Assembly (NCBI GenBank): GCA_033763135.1
Contig: JANRKY010000148.1
Span: forward strand, 2,277-66,276
Direction: 5' to 3'
DNA from: Blastocatellia bacterium
GTDB taxonomy: Bacteria > Acidobacteriota > Blastocatellia > RBC074
DNA: 64,000 nucleotides
Shown here: positions 47,097 through 58,647 of the stretch, piece after piece
How the letters are laid out: each line of letters begins with the position of its first letter
Numbering within the stretch: the first letter of the stretch is position 1
Translations under genes and position numbers: made by a program
The notes under the pieces: model-generated
What the model was told of the DNA's origin: nothing
Seen by the model: the letters and a program-made list of their open reading frames with translations, nothing else
Database searches by the model: none

Positions 47097-47786
47097 TCAA
47101 GCCAGTACGCGGTCTTCCGTCGCCGCCGCGGCAAGTTGCCGCAGGTTCCGCAGCGCCGCGCCCGGATCGGGCGCGCCGAAGACGGCGGAGCCGGCAACCA
47201 GAATTTCGGCGCCTGCGGCAACGACCTGCGAAACGGTCTCCGGTCCGACGCCGCCATCGATTTCAATTCGAGCGTGCGCGCCTCGCAGGCGCAGCATCTC
47301 CCGCAATCGGGAGAGCTTGTCGAGGGACGATTCGATGAATTTCTGTCCGCCGAAGCCTGGATTGACCGACATCAACAGCACATAATCGATATCGTGAACG
47401 ATCTCTTCGATCATCTGAAGCGGCGTCGCCGGATTGAGCACCACGCCCGGCGAGCATCCCGCCAGCCGGATGGACTGAATCGTTCGATGCAGATGCCGGG
47501 TCGCCTCGGGATGGACCGACAACATCGCGGCGCCCGCCTTCGCAAAGGCCCCAATGAAGGCATCCGGATTCTCAATCATCAGATGAACATCGATCGGCAG
47601 CTGCGTCGCCCGGCGAACCCATTCGACGATGAACGGTCCCACCGTCAGGTTCGGAACGAAATGGCCGTCCATCACATCGACGTGAATGTAGGAAGCGCCC
47701 GCCTGCTCCACCGCCGCGATCTGTTCGCCAAGTCTCGTGAAATCGGCCGAAAGGATCGAGGGCGCAATTTCGATGATCTTCCGCAT
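47097..47786 (-). CDS. rpe: ribulose-phosphate 3-epimerase
   Basis: 229 aa with conserved Rpe blocks ([32 protein letters not shown]). Confidence 0.9.
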   Translation of the reverse strand: MRKIIEIAPSILSADFTRLGEQIAAVEQAGASYIHVDVMDGHFVPNLTVGPFIVEWVRRATQLPIDVHLMIENPDAFIGAFAKAGAAMLSVHPEATRHLHRTIQSIRLAGCSPGVVLNPATPLQMIEEIVHDIDYVLLMSVNPGFGGQKFIESSLDKLSRLREMLRLRGAHARIEIDGGVGPETVSQVVAAGAEILVAGSAVFGAPDPGAALRNLRQLAAAATEDRVLA

Positions 47787-47856
47787 CCTCAGCCTCCTCG
47801 TTTTTCGGCGCGGTCCGACTCCCTGACAGAACGCCTCGCAGCGTTGCTTTTGCGCA

Positions 47857-48180
47857 TTATTTCTGCGCTCCCAGACTGATGCTGACGCGGACGAGTTGTC
47901 CGGTCTTGACCGTGGTCCCGGCCGCGGGCGACTGATCCATCACCGTGTTGGACTCGACCTTGTCGCTGTGGGCCCGGTTGGTGACGCGCATTCGCAATCC
48001 GTGATCCTCCAGGTCCTCCTCGGCGTCCGCCTCGGGCTTCCCGAGAATGTTCGGGACTTCGACCGTTCGGCCGCGAAATGAAATGAAGGCCACCAGCGCG
48101 CCGCTCAGACAAAACACGCCCGCCAGCATCGCCACCATCAAGAGGCGCTTGAGGACGTCTCGTGAACCAAGCCGGGATAG
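47857..48180 (-). CDS. PASTA domain-containing small membrane protein (start uncertain)
   Basis: TM segment [19 protein letters not shown], then a PASTA-like domain [36 protein letters not shown]. The track ORF extends to 48366 but would overlap greA. Confidence 0.45.
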   Translation of the reverse strand, partial: LSRLGSRDVLKRLLMVAMLAGVFCLSGALVAFISFRGRTVEVPNILGKPEADAEEDLEDHGLRMRVTNRAHSDKVESNTVMDQSPAAGTTVKTGQLVRVSISLGAQK

Positions 48181-48310
48181 CAAATTCGATCTCCTGGTGC
48201 TGGATTGAATATCTTTGAATCGGGCAGTGGAGTGTATCACTTCCGGTTGCGGCGTTTCAAACGACTTCGGGGGCGCCGAGGCGCCCCCGAAAAGAACGCG
48301 GCGACGAATC

Positions 48311-48793
48311 TCAATCCTCGTCGTGAATGGTGGAGAGCTTGACGATCTCGAAATTGCGCACGCCATTGGGCGTCTGCACCTTCACCTCATCGCCCTCTTC
48401 CTTGTTCAGGAGGCTCTTCCCGATCGGCGAAGAGGTCGAGATCAGGCCCTTTTCATAGTCGGCCTCCTCCGGCGTGACCAGGCGATAGGTGATCTCCTCG
48501 TCGCGATTGAGATCGCGAAGAATGAGCGTCGAGCCGTACGAAGCGCGATCGCGCGGCAGCCGACTGAGATCGATGGCCGAGAGCTTCGCCATCTGATGCT
48601 GCAGTTGCCGCACGCGCGCCCGGACATAATCCTGGCGTTCGCGGGCATACTTGTATTCGGAATTTTCCGACAAATCCCCCAGCGCCGCCGCCGTTCGCAA
48701 AGCCTTCGGCAGTTCGATCGTCAATTCATATTCGAGACTCTTCAGCTCGGCGAGAATCTTCTCTTTTCCGGTCAGTTCTTTGTCTTCACTCAC
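48311..48793 (-). CDS. greA: transcription elongation factor GreA
   Basis: 160 aa with a coiled-coil N-terminus and an FKBP-like C-terminus ([11 protein letters not shown]). Confidence 0.9.
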   Translation of the reverse strand: MSEDKELTGKEKILAELKSLEYELTIELPKALRTAAALGDLSENSEYKYARERQDYVRARVRQLQHQMAKLSAIDLSRLPRDRASYGSTLILRDLNRDEEITYRLVTPEEADYEKGLISTSSPIGKSLLNKEEGDEVKVQTPNGVRNFEIVKLSTIHDED

Positions 48794-48926
48794 AACGAAA
48801 ACTTCCTTTCCAACTCGGTTGTGGTCGCAAAAATACGACTGCCGCGAGTCCCGTCATCAGACCGGGACTGCGGCAGATACCGAACAAACTATCATGCTTC
48901 CTCGTGCGAAGGAAGCGGCCGTCTTT

Positions 48927-49995
<1,069 letters not shown>

Positions 49996-49999
<4 letters not shown>

Positions 50000-51237
50000 A
50001 TGTTTTCAATAATTGCGTCCGCGAATTCGCTGGTTTTGAGTTTGGTGGCGCCGGCCATCTGGCGCTCCAGGTCATAGGTGACGCGTTTCTGTTCGATGGT
50101 TTTGACGACGCCCTGGATGATCCGATCGGCGGCTTCGCGCCAGCCCATGTGTTCGAGCATCATCACGCCGGAGAGGATGACCGATCCGGGGTTGATGACG
50201 TCGAGGTCGGCGTATTTCGGGGCGGTGCCGTGGGTGGCTTCGAAGACGGCGGCGTTGTCGCCGATGTTCGCGCCGGGGGCGAGGCCGAGCCCGCCGACCT
50301 GCGCCGCGCAGGCATCCGAGAGATAGTCGCCGTTGAGATTGGGGGTCGCGATGACGGAGTATTCATCGGGGCGGAGCAGGACCTGCTGGAACATCGCATC
50401 CGCGATGCGATCATTGATCAGGATCTTGCCCTCGGGCAGCTTGCCGTTGTGGTCCTTCCAGAGCTCGTCTTCGGTGACGATCTGGTCGCGGAACTCTTCT
50501 CTGGCGAGCTGATAGCCCCAGTCACGAAAGGCGCCTTCCGTGTATTTCATGATGTTGCCCTTGTGGACCAGCGTGACCAGCTTGCGATTGTTCTCGATCG
50601 CATAGTTGATCGCGCGGCGAACGAGGTTCCTGGTGCCGGTGATCGAGATGGGCTTGATGCCAATGCCGGAGTCGGCGTTGATCTCGTAGCCGAAATCGCT
50701 CAGGAACTCGATCAGCTTCTTCGCCTTGTCGGAGCCTTCCTGAAATTCGATTCCCGCGTACACGTCCTCGGTGTTTTCGCGGAAGATGACGACGTCCAGT
50801 TTCTCGGGATGCTTGACCGGCGCGGGGACGCCCGTGAAATAGCGAACCGGGCGCACGCAGGCATACAGGTCGAGCACCTGCCGCAGCGCCACGTTGAGAG
50901 AGCGGATGCCGCCGCCGACGGGCGTCGTCAGCGGGCCCTTGATGGCGACGACAAAATGCTGAATGGCGTCGAGCGTCCCTTTCGGCAGCCACTCGTTGAA
51001 CTTCTGATGCGCCTTCTCGCCGGCGAAGATCTCATACCAGACGATGCGGCGCTGCCCGTTGTAGGCCTTGGCGACTGCGGCGTCGAAGACGCGCACGGAG
51101 GCGCGCCAGATATCCCGCCCGGTGCCGTCGCCTTCGATGAAGGGAATCACGGGGTTGTCGGGGACCAGCAGCTTTCCGCCCTGGACACGAATCTGTTGTC
51201 CATCGGAGGGGGTTTCAATTCCATTGAAGACAGGCAT
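49996..51237 (-). CDS. icd: isocitrate dehydrogenase (NADP-dependent)
   Basis: 413 aa with IDH blocks ([37 protein letters not shown]). Confidence 0.95.
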
Positions 51238-51423
51238 GGGAGCAGCTCTCCTGAATTAGCGGTTGAATTTGAATGCTTCGAGTTCGTTCACGCCAGATTT
51301 CCGCTCTTCCCCGCGCAGGCACGGCAGTCGTGATCGCCGGCGGCGGCCAATTCGAAAGAAACACGACATGCAGGGAACGGCGAATCGATCTGTAAAAAGG
51401 ATGGCGAGTCTAACAACGGGGAT

Positions 51424-52965
51424 ATGGGCTGTCAACGGGCAAGCGCAAATGAACAAAGTCGAATGGAGTGCTATATTTCGGGAATGACAGACACTCAGAA
51501 CAACGAGATGGCGGCGCGGGACCTGGCCGAGTTCCGATTGATGCGGGGAGAGGCCGTCCCGGATCGAGAGCGGGCCGGCGCGCTGGCCGGGCGGGCGGCG
51601 GAACGCGTGCTCGCGGAGGCGGCCCCGGTGCGGGATGCGATCCGTCTGCTCTGCGAGATGTCCGCCGACGAAGATGAAGAGATCGCCCGAATGGGCGGGC
51701 GCGCGCTCTTTGGCGGATTGATCGAGCGGCTCAACGATTCGTTCGAGCCGGCGGCCTGCGGGATCTACGACAGACTCTTTGCCCAGGTCATCGACTTCTA
51801 CCGGCGCCGGCCGGGCGCGGAGCCCCTTGACGAGGCCCTTCGCGGCTTCGGCCTGGCGACGGAGGCGGATCTGTCGGCGCGGAAGAGCCGGTTGCGCGAC
51901 GCGCCGACCTTTTCACGACAAGGGGGCTCGATAAAACGGGTGCTGCTTCCATCGCGGGTGACGATCGGCGCGGATGTGGCGCTGACAAGCGTGATCATCG
52001 CGAAGCTGCGCGAGGCGCTGCCCAACGCCGAGTTCGTCTTTCTGGGATCGCCGAAACTGCGCGAACTCTATGGCGGAGACGCGCGAATCCGGGTTCGCCC
52101 GCTCGGGTACGAGCGGAGCGGGCGGGTGCAGTCGCGACTGGCGAGCTGGCTCGACGTGTTGGCGGCCGTTCGGGAGGAGCGGCGCGATCTCGGGCCGGAG
52201 GAGCTGCTGATCATCGACCCCGATTCGCGGCTGACACAGCTCGGCCTGCTCCCGCTGATCGAGGGAGACGTCGGCTATCACTTCTTCGAGAGCCGCGCCT
52301 ATCGCCACCCGGAAGCGGCCCGCATCGGAGAACTCGCCTCCCGCTGGCTGGCGGAGCGCTTTGGCCTTCCGGAAATGGCGTTTCCCTTCCTCGCGCTGCC
52401 GCCGGCGCACGCGGATTTCGGCCGGCGCCTCGGCGAGAGTCTTCGCCGCGGCGGCGCGCGCCATCTGACGACGATCAGTTTCGGCGTCGGGGGAAACGAG
52501 GAGAAACGGATCTCCGCTGCGTTCGAGCGGGCGCTGATTGAGGAGCGACTGGCCGCTTCGTCGACGCTCGTGCTCGACAAGGGCGCTTCGCCGGATGAAC
52601 GCCGGCAGATCGATGAGATTCTGGAAGGAGTCCGCGCCCAGGGAAGAACCGTGGTCGAGGTGGCGCCGGAATCGGCCGCTGTATGGATGGGAAGGGACGT
52701 GATTCACGCCGATGTTCTCACCTGGGACGGCGGGATCGGCGAATTCGCGGGGCTGATCGCGGCCGCGGATCGGTACATCGGCTACGATTCCGCCGGCCAG
52801 CACCTGGCCGCCGCGCTCCGCGTTCCGACGCTGACCCTCTTCGTCAATGCGAACTCCGCAACCTTCGCCGAACGCTGGCGCCCCTTCGGTCCCGGGCCGA
52901 TCTCCGTCGCGGGCTTCCGGCCCGACAATCTGCCCGTCAGCCCCCGCGAGATCGGAGAGTTGTGA
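51424..52965 (+). CDS. glycosyltransferase family 9 (heptosyltransferase-like) with N-terminal extension
   Basis: GT9 pattern RVLLPSRVTIGADVALTSVIIAKLREALPNAEFVFLG near the N-terminal half, and IGYDSAGQHLAAALRVPTLTLF at the C-terminus. Confidence 0.6.
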   Translation: MGCQRASANEQSRMECYISGMTDTQNNEMAARDLAEFRLMRGEAVPDRERAGALAGRAAERVLAEAAPVRDAIRLLCEMSADEDEEIARMGGRALFGGLIERLNDSFEPAACGIYDRLFAQVIDFYRRRPGAEPLDEALRGFGLATEADLSARKSRLRDAPTFSRQGGSIKRVLLPSRVTIGADVALTSVIIAKLREALPNAEFVFLGSPKLRELYGGDARIRVRPLGYERSGRVQSRLASWLDVLAAVREERRDLGPEELLIIDPDSRLTQLGLLPLIEGDVGYHFFESRAYRHPEAARIGELASRWLAERFGLPEMAFPFLALPPAHADFGRRLGESLRRGGARHLTTISFGVGGNEEKRISAAFERALIEERLAASSTLVLDKGASPDERRQIDEILEGVRAQGRTVVEVAPESAAVWMGRDVIHADVLTWDGGIGEFAGLIAAADRYIGYDSAGQHLAAALRVPTLTLFVNANSATFAERWRPFGPGPISVAGFRPDNLPVSPREIGEL

Positions 52966-52971
52966 TCCCTT

Positions 52972-53275
52972 GTTTGGAGTTCCGCCTTCAGGCCAATGGC
53001 ATTAAGTTTAACCTCACGCGAAGACGCGAAGGCGCGAAGCGGATAGAGGCAGGTTTTCTTCGCGTCTTCGTTTTCGATTCAGAAATCCCGCGAGCCGCGT
53101 GGCCAGCCGGAACGAAAAGAAAGAACGCGAAGAGGAAGAAAACTCGGAACTCACTCTTCTTTGCGTCTTCGCGCCTTCGCGTGAGGCCCTCTTTTTACTA
53201 ACTTAATGCCATTGGCCTTCAGGCGGTCTGCCTGTTCGCCACGATCCGACCGCCTGAAGGCGGAACTCCAAACGA
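52972..53275. mobile_element. MITE-like element (about 300 bp) with terminal inverted repeats tgtttggagttccgccttcaggc.. / ..gcctgaaggcggaactccaaacg and internal CGCGAAG-unit palindrome; no transposase
   Basis: TIRs at 52972..52994 and 53252..53274. The internal sequence ttaagtttaacctcacgcgaagacgcgaaggcgcgaag ... cttcgcgccttcgcgtgaggccctctttttactaacttaa is itself an inverted repeat. Solo TIR-like copies lie at 26477..26498 and 47003..47027, with a degenerate one near 57127..57148. Confidence 0.6.
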
Positions 53276-56242
53276 TTATTTAAACGACACCTTGACGCCG
53301 GCCTTGCTGTCGCGGGCGACAGTCTTGCTGACGGTCTTGACGATGATGTCGAGATCGGCCTTGCCGGCGAGATCGGTCGTCACCTTGACGTCGACCACGT
53401 CGAGACCGACGCTGCCGGGATCGCGAAGCGCGAAGAAGGCGGAGTCAGATTCGAAATCGCCGACCTTGACCCGGATCGTGTCGGAGTTGCGCCATCCCGT
53501 TCCGATCACGCGCAGAAAGACGGGCACCTCGTCCGTCCCAACGCCGCAGGGCATCTCGCTGAACGTCACCACGCCGGTCGTCAGATTTCTGGCGTAGCAT
53601 TGTCCGATGGCGCGCCCCTCGCCGTTGCCGGTCGTCGTCAGGATGCCCGGCGACGTGTCGAGCACGCGGACGCGGCCGCGGGAGATCTTGCCGTTGTTGT
53701 TCACGACGACTTCGACCAGTTCCGCCGGCGTCAACGTGTTGGGCAGAACGAAATTGACCTGCGTCGGAGAGACATAGCTGATCCCGACGGGCACCCCAGC
53801 GGCCGTCACCCTGACGCCGGCCAGTTCCAGCGGATAGTCGAGCGAGGGCGCGGACGCCGTCCCGTTCGAAAGTTCCGTGCCCTGCGCAAAGGCGGCCGAA
53901 CCGCGCGCGACAAATCCGGTCTCGAAGCTGGCCGCATTGAGCACCGACAGCGCCGGCTCGATCGCCAGGAACGAGGTCGTCGTCTTGTTGCTGTCGATCG
54001 GCGTCGTCCCCGGAACGGTGACGGTGATCTCCAGGTCCTTCTTCTCGGCCAGTTCCTTGGTCAGCGCCACGTTGATCTGATCAAGCCCCTGGAAATCGGG
54101 CTGCGCGCCGACAAAACTCGGCGTCAACGTCTGATCGCCGATCTTGACCTGGATGCCCGCGCCATTCCGCCAGCCCGTGCCGTAAATGACCAGCAGGTCG
54201 GCCTGCGAATCATTGCCCACCGAACAGGGGGGCGATGTGATGTTGAATCCCAGCCCATCCGCCGAGACCCGGCCGCACTGGGCCGTGGAGACGCCCTTCC
54301 CGGAACCGTCGACCGAGAAGACGCCCGGCGCGGCGTCGACCACCTTGGCTTTTCCGGAGGAAAGGATGCCGTTGTTGTTGATCGTAAAGGCCACCGTATC
54401 GCCGTTCGCGATCCCCGGCGGCACGACGAAATTGATCTGTCCGGACGAGACGAAGATCAGGCCGGCCGCAATGCCGTCGACGGTGACCGAAACGCCGCTG
54501 AGCAGATACGGCAGGCTGGCCGTCGTGGCCGAGGCTGTCCCGTTCGCGAGCTGCGTCCCGAAGGCCGCGACGATCGATCCGCGCGCAACCTGCGTCCCAT
54601 CGAAACTGGCCGCGTTCGCCAGTTTGGCCTCCGTCGCGTTGGTCGTCGTCACGGAACGAACCAGCGCCTGAAACGGCTCCGCGATCGCCGTCGACAGCGG
54701 CGCCAGCTGGCTCGCGTCGAAACTGAAGGTCGTCAGCCCCCCCGAGTCGTCCACATAGGGCGACACCCCGGCATCCCGCTGATCGAGCACAAATCCCGAA
54801 AGGGTCGAAAAGGAGAGCTGCCGGAACTTGGCGGCGGCGATGTCGAACCGGAACACCTCGCGGCTCCCGTCCGCATTGTCGGTCTTCGTGCTGCTCGTCG
54901 TCGCCGGCGTCAGATTGAGCACCGACGCGAAGACCACGTGCGTCCCCGTCGCATTGATGCTCGGGCGCATGTTGTAGTCGATCCTGGCCAGCTCGTCCTG
55001 CGTCGGCGTCGCCGAGACCGTCTGATTCGTGATCCGGGTATAGGCCTTCGTCGCGACATTGTAGAGCCAGAGCTCGCGCGTCTTGTCGGCGTTGTTCCCA
55101 CCGTAATTCCCGGCCGACTCAAAGACCATCAGGCTGCCGTCCCGACTGAGCGGCTGCGTCCCATAGGGCAGCAGATTCATCGGCGCCGACGGATCGATGC
55201 CGTAAAATCCGCTCACCGTCAGCTGCGGCACAATCGCCGTCCCGGTCGTGTCCGTCACCTGCGTCAGGGTGTTGGCCGTGTCCCCGATCTTGTACAGATG
55301 GATCTCGCCGTTGAAATCGGTGTTCTTGTTGGCGTTGGCTCCCGGGAAATTGAACCCGGAGACAAACGCCAGCGTCCGCCCGTCCCCGCTCAGCTTCGGC
55401 GCCGAATTGAACCCCCGGACCGTGAAATTCACGATCGCGTCCGCGTCCCGCGTCGCCGTCACCTGCGAATACCGCCGCCCTGCGACATCGTACAAAAAGA
55501 TCTCCGCATTCCCGTCCGGATCGAGGTTGGTCGCCCCTTCCTTGAGCGCCGTGAACGCCGACCCGCCTCCCGCCACCGAATTGAAGGCCTTCCGGGTCGA
55601 AACGAACGAGATCACCCCGCCGTTGTCGCTGATCGAGGGCGTATAGTTGGTGTAGATCTCGTTGACCACCTCGGTGTCGGAGTTCTTCCCCGTATCCGTG
55701 ATGCGCGTGACCGTCGCCGTCGTCGCGCCGCGCGGCAGATCGGCCAGATAGATCTCGGTGTTCCCGTCGTCGTTCGTCGTCCCGCCGAGCGCGGCGTTCG
55801 ACACGAACGCTATCTTGGTCCCGTCTCCGCTGATCACCGGCGTGACGTTGTTGATCCGCCGCGTCACCTTCCCGTCGGCATCCGTCAGATCCTTGGTGTC
55901 CGTGATCATGATGATGGCGCGGGTCTCCACGTCGTAGACATAGATCTCGGTGTTGCTGTCCACGTTGCGGCCGTTGTAGTCGTTGATCGAATCAAAGACC
56001 AGTCGCTTGCCGTCGTTGCTCGCGCCCGAGACATACGTTCCAATCACGTTGGTCGGGACGGGCAACTGCTGCAGGGACACATCATCCGTCGTGGCCTGTT
56101 GCGCGTGGGAGATCGGCCAGGCCGGATACACGGCGACCAGGCCGCAAAGGACAGCGAATCCTGATAAATAAAGAAGAGTTCGTTTCACGCGGTCTAAACT
56201 CATTGGTTCCTTGGGCTCCTCGAATCGAAACGCACGCCCCAC
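53276..56242 (-). CDS. large secreted beta-propeller protein with two C-terminal Solibacter-type uncharacterized domains
   Basis: 988 aa with a signal peptide, repeated TolB-like blades (DGK../SNDG..) and two repeats of the ASF..G.VA(R)GS.A..FG..LA ... YVSP.Q(I/V)NFV.P module characteristic of acidobacterial C-terminal domains. Confidence 0.7.
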   Translation of the reverse strand: MGRAFRFEEPKEPMSLDRVKRTLLYLSGFAVLCGLVAVYPAWPISHAQQATTDDVSLQQLPVPTNVIGTYVSGASNDGKRLVFDSINDYNGRNVDSNTEIYVYDVETRAIIMITDTKDLTDADGKVTRRINNVTPVISGDGTKIAFVSNAALGGTTNDDGNTEIYLADLPRGATTATVTRITDTGKNSDTEVVNEIYTNYTPSISDNGGVISFVSTRKAFNSVAGGGSAFTALKEGATNLDPDGNAEIFLYDVAGRRYSQVTATRDADAIVNFTVRGFNSAPKLSGDGRTLAFVSGFNFPGANANKNTDFNGEIHLYKIGDTANTLTQVTDTTGTAIVPQLTVSGFYGIDPSAPMNLLPYGTQPLSRDGSLMVFESAGNYGGNNADKTRELWLYNVATKAYTRITNQTVSATPTQDELARIDYNMRPSINATGTHVVFASVLNLTPATTSSTKTDNADGSREVFRFDIAAAKFRQLSFSTLSGFVLDQRDAGVSPYVDDSGGLTTFSFDASQLAPLSTAIAEPFQALVRSVTTTNATEAKLANAASFDGTQVARGSIVAAFGTQLANGTASATTASLPYLLSGVSVTVDGIAAGLIFVSSGQINFVVPPGIANGDTVAFTINNNGILSSGKAKVVDAAPGVFSVDGSGKGVSTAQCGRVSADGLGFNITSPPCSVGNDSQADLLVIYGTGWRNGAGIQVKIGDQTLTPSFVGAQPDFQGLDQINVALTKELAEKKDLEITVTVPGTTPIDSNKTTTSFLAIEPALSVLNAASFETGFVARGSAAFAQGTELSNGTASAPSLDYPLELAGVRVTAAGVPVGISYVSPTQVNFVLPNTLTPAELVEVVVNNNGKISRGRVRVLDTSPGILTTTGNGEGRAIGQCYARNLTTGVVTFSEMPCGVGTDEVPVFLRVIGTGWRNSDTIRVKVGDFESDSAFFALRDPGSVGLDVVDVKVTTDLAGKADLDIIVKTVSKTVARDSKAGVKVSFK

Positions 56243-56472
56243 CAGCCACGCTCCATCCGGCGGCGATCACGACGCGCGTCTCAACAGACAATGGGATTTT
56301 GCTATGAAATCAAGACGGCGGATTATACCGGGCCGCCTCTTGCTTGTCGAATGTGTCCCGAACCCAAGAACGCCTCACCCCGAATCTCCTTGCGGAAAAA
56401 ACAGATCGGGGGCGCACAGGACCCCCTGCACACCCCCGATCTCGCTCGTTTCCGCCCCTCCCGAACGCCGCC

Positions 56473-56739
56473 TCAGGCCGCTTTCGGACTGACGTACTGC
56501 TCATAATGCCGCGCCGGCTGCCAGTCCCGCACCTCTTCCGAGATCGGCTCCGGAAACCGCTTCTCCAAATCCACCATCTCCACCGCCTCGATCAACACCC
56601 GCTCGATGTTCTCCGGCTGAAACCCATTCCGATGGCAGGCCGCAACGTGACGACGCACAATCGCATCCACCTTCTCCCGCTTCGGCTTCGGTAAATTGTT
56701 GATCAGCTTCATCGTATCGGTCGAAATCTTCATCATCAT
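56473..56739 (-). CDS. hypothetical small protein
   Basis: 88-aa ORF followed by a GC-rich hairpin. No family recognised. Confidence 0.35.
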   Translation of the reverse strand: MMMKISTDTMKLINNLPKPKREKVDAIVRRHVAACHRNGFQPENIERVLIEAVEMVDLEKRFPEPISEEVRDWQPARHYEQYVSPKAA

Positions 56740-56788
56740 CCCGTCTGTCCCCCTTTCAATCTATTGCCTTTTCATCCCAGTCATCTTT

Positions 56789-56825
56789 CATCTCTTGCAT
56801 CTCTTGCATCTCTTGCATCTCTTGC
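56789..56825. repeat. tandem 9-mer repeat (CATCTCTTG)x4
   Basis: catctcttgcatctcttgcatctcttgcatctcttgc, in the AT-richer intergenic region upstream of the ferredoxin gene. Confidence 0.85.
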
Positions 56826-57208
56826 TCTTCTTCTTCATTCTTCTCAACGGAATTTGAGGATTCTGCGACCCGCCAAATCCCTCCCTGCTACTTGCACCGA
56901 TAGGAACGGAAATATACAACTGGAATGCATTTTCCCAAGCGAAATATTTCCTTCAATCCATTATTTTTCGTTTATCTTGGCCCCTTGGCACACTTTGGCA
57001 CGTAACTGGCTGACCAATCAGGAAGAATCGAGAAGCTGGGAGGCATGTGAGGGAACGCCGAGCGGGGGGGTGGGGTTCCCAAAAGAAGTTTCTTGACCGG
57101 CCTGAAGGAGTGAGGCAGACTTGCCGGGTTTGGAGCGACCGCCTGGGTCAAGTGCGTCTCCTCATAGCGGCAGGCGGATGATCTTGAAAAAGGGTGCGAT
57201 TTCGAGTT

Positions 57209-57574
57209 ATGGCGACGTTTGAGCGGCACATATTCATCTGCACGAACCAGCGACCGGCGGAGAATCCGCGGGGGAGTTGCGATCCGGAGGGGTTGGGAAG
57301 CCTGCAATTGGAGTTCAAGAGGGAGTTGGCGGCGCGCGGGATGAAGACGTCGGTGCGGGCCAACCGGGCGGGCTGTCTCGATCAATGCGAGCATGGGCCG
57401 ACGGTGGTGGTCTATCCGGAGGGCGTCTGGTACGGTGGCGTCGGTCCGGGAGATGTAATTGAAATCGTCGAAACCCACCTGATTCTTGGGACCCCTGTTG
57501 AGCGTCTGCGGCTTGCCGATTCATGCATCAACACCGCCAGTTGCGAACACCGCGCCCCGCGATCCTCGGAATAG
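57209..57574 (+). CDS. thioredoxin-like [2Fe-2S] ferredoxin
   Basis: Starts MATFERHIFICTNQR. Cysteine pattern C-x(n)-C..C-x3-C (FICTNQ.., GSCDPEG.., AGCLDQCEHGP) matches the 2Fe-2S thioredoxin-like ferredoxin family. Confidence 0.6.
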   Translation: MATFERHIFICTNQRPAENPRGSCDPEGLGSLQLEFKRELAARGMKTSVRANRAGCLDQCEHGPTVVVYPEGVWYGGVGPGDVIEIVETHLILGTPVERLRLADSCINTASCEHRAPRSSE

Positions 57575-57610
57575 GGATCATTCCGACGCAGAAAACGAAT
57601 AGTAGTAGTT

Positions 57611-58621
57611 ATGCCCACACACACCGCGATGAAGTTGGTCGCCATCGGCGGCGGCACCGGTCTTTCGACCCTGCTCGCCGGATTGAAGCCCTATCTGCAG
57701 GAAGCGATTCCCGGGACGGAATATACGTCGATCTCGCTGACGGCGATCGTGACGGTCTCGGATGACGGGAAGAGTTCGGGGCGGTTGCGCGGGGAGTTCG
57801 CGGTGCTGCCGCCGGGAGACATTCGCAACTGTCTGGTCGCGTTGGCGGACGACGATCAGCTGATGACGCAGTTGTTCCGCCACCGGTTTCCGCCGGGCAA
57901 CGGGCAGGTGGGCGGACATTCACTGGGAAATCTGATCATTCTGGCATTGAATCAGATGGGCGGAGATTTCGTTGCGGCGGTGGAGCGGGCGCGGGAGATG
58001 CTGGGGATCGAGGCGCGGGTGCTGCCGTCGACGCCGGAGAGCGTCAATCTGGTGGCGCGGATCGGCGGGCGGGAGGTGCGCGGGCAGGTCGAGATCAAGC
58101 GGCTGAATGCCGAATCGCCCAATGCGCCGATTCAGGAGCTGGCGATCGATCCGCCGGATGCGCGCGGCCTGCCCGATGCCGTGCAGGCGATTCTCGATGC
58201 CGACGTGATCACGATCGGGCCGGGCTCGCTCTTTACGAGCGTCATCGCCAATCTGCTGGTCAAGGATATCTATCGCGCACTCGCCCGGTCGCGGGCGAAA
58301 AAGATCTACATCTGCAACGTCATGACCGAGTTCTACGAGACGGACGGGTACAGCGCGCTGGATCACGTCCGCGAAATCCTGGCCTATGCGCCGGAGCTGG
58401 CGTTCGATTACGCGATCTTCAACTCGACGCCGATCTCGCCCTCGATGAGGGATAAATACGCCGCCGAAAGAGCGGTTCCCCTGATCCCTCCCGCCGTCGT
58501 CCCGCCCGAGTTCGGCGGGCGGCTGCGGTTTGCCGCCCTTCCCCTGGCATCGGAGTCCCGCGCCGTTCGACACGATCCGGCGCAGTTGGTGGCCGCGATC
58601 TTCGACGTTTGCTCGCGCTGA
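57611..58621 (+). CDS. yvcK: gluconeogenesis factor YvcK / UPF0052 (CofD-like)
   Basis: 336 aa with motif KLVAIGGGTGLSTLLAGLK and a CofD-like fold. Confidence 0.85.
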   Translation: MPTHTAMKLVAIGGGTGLSTLLAGLKPYLQEAIPGTEYTSISLTAIVTVSDDGKSSGRLRGEFAVLPPGDIRNCLVALADDDQLMTQLFRHRFPPGNGQVGGHSLGNLIILALNQMGGDFVAAVERAREMLGIEARVLPSTPESVNLVARIGGREVRGQVEIKRLNAESPNAPIQELAIDPPDARGLPDAVQAILDADVITIGPGSLFTSVIANLLVKDIYRALARSRAKKIYICNVMTEFYETDGYSALDHVREILAYAPELAFDYAIFNSTPISPSMRDKYAAERAVPLIPPAVVPPEFGGRLRFAALPLASESRAVRHDPAQLVAAIFDVCSR

Positions 58622-58647
58622 AGATCGCGTATTAGAATGCATCGTCA

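Noticed and set aside
56950-57000. Possible sigma-54 promoter (ttggcacactttggcacg)
   Set aside because: It has two TGGCAC half-sites but lacks the TTGCW -12 element at the correct spacing. It is more likely a coincidental direct repeat.
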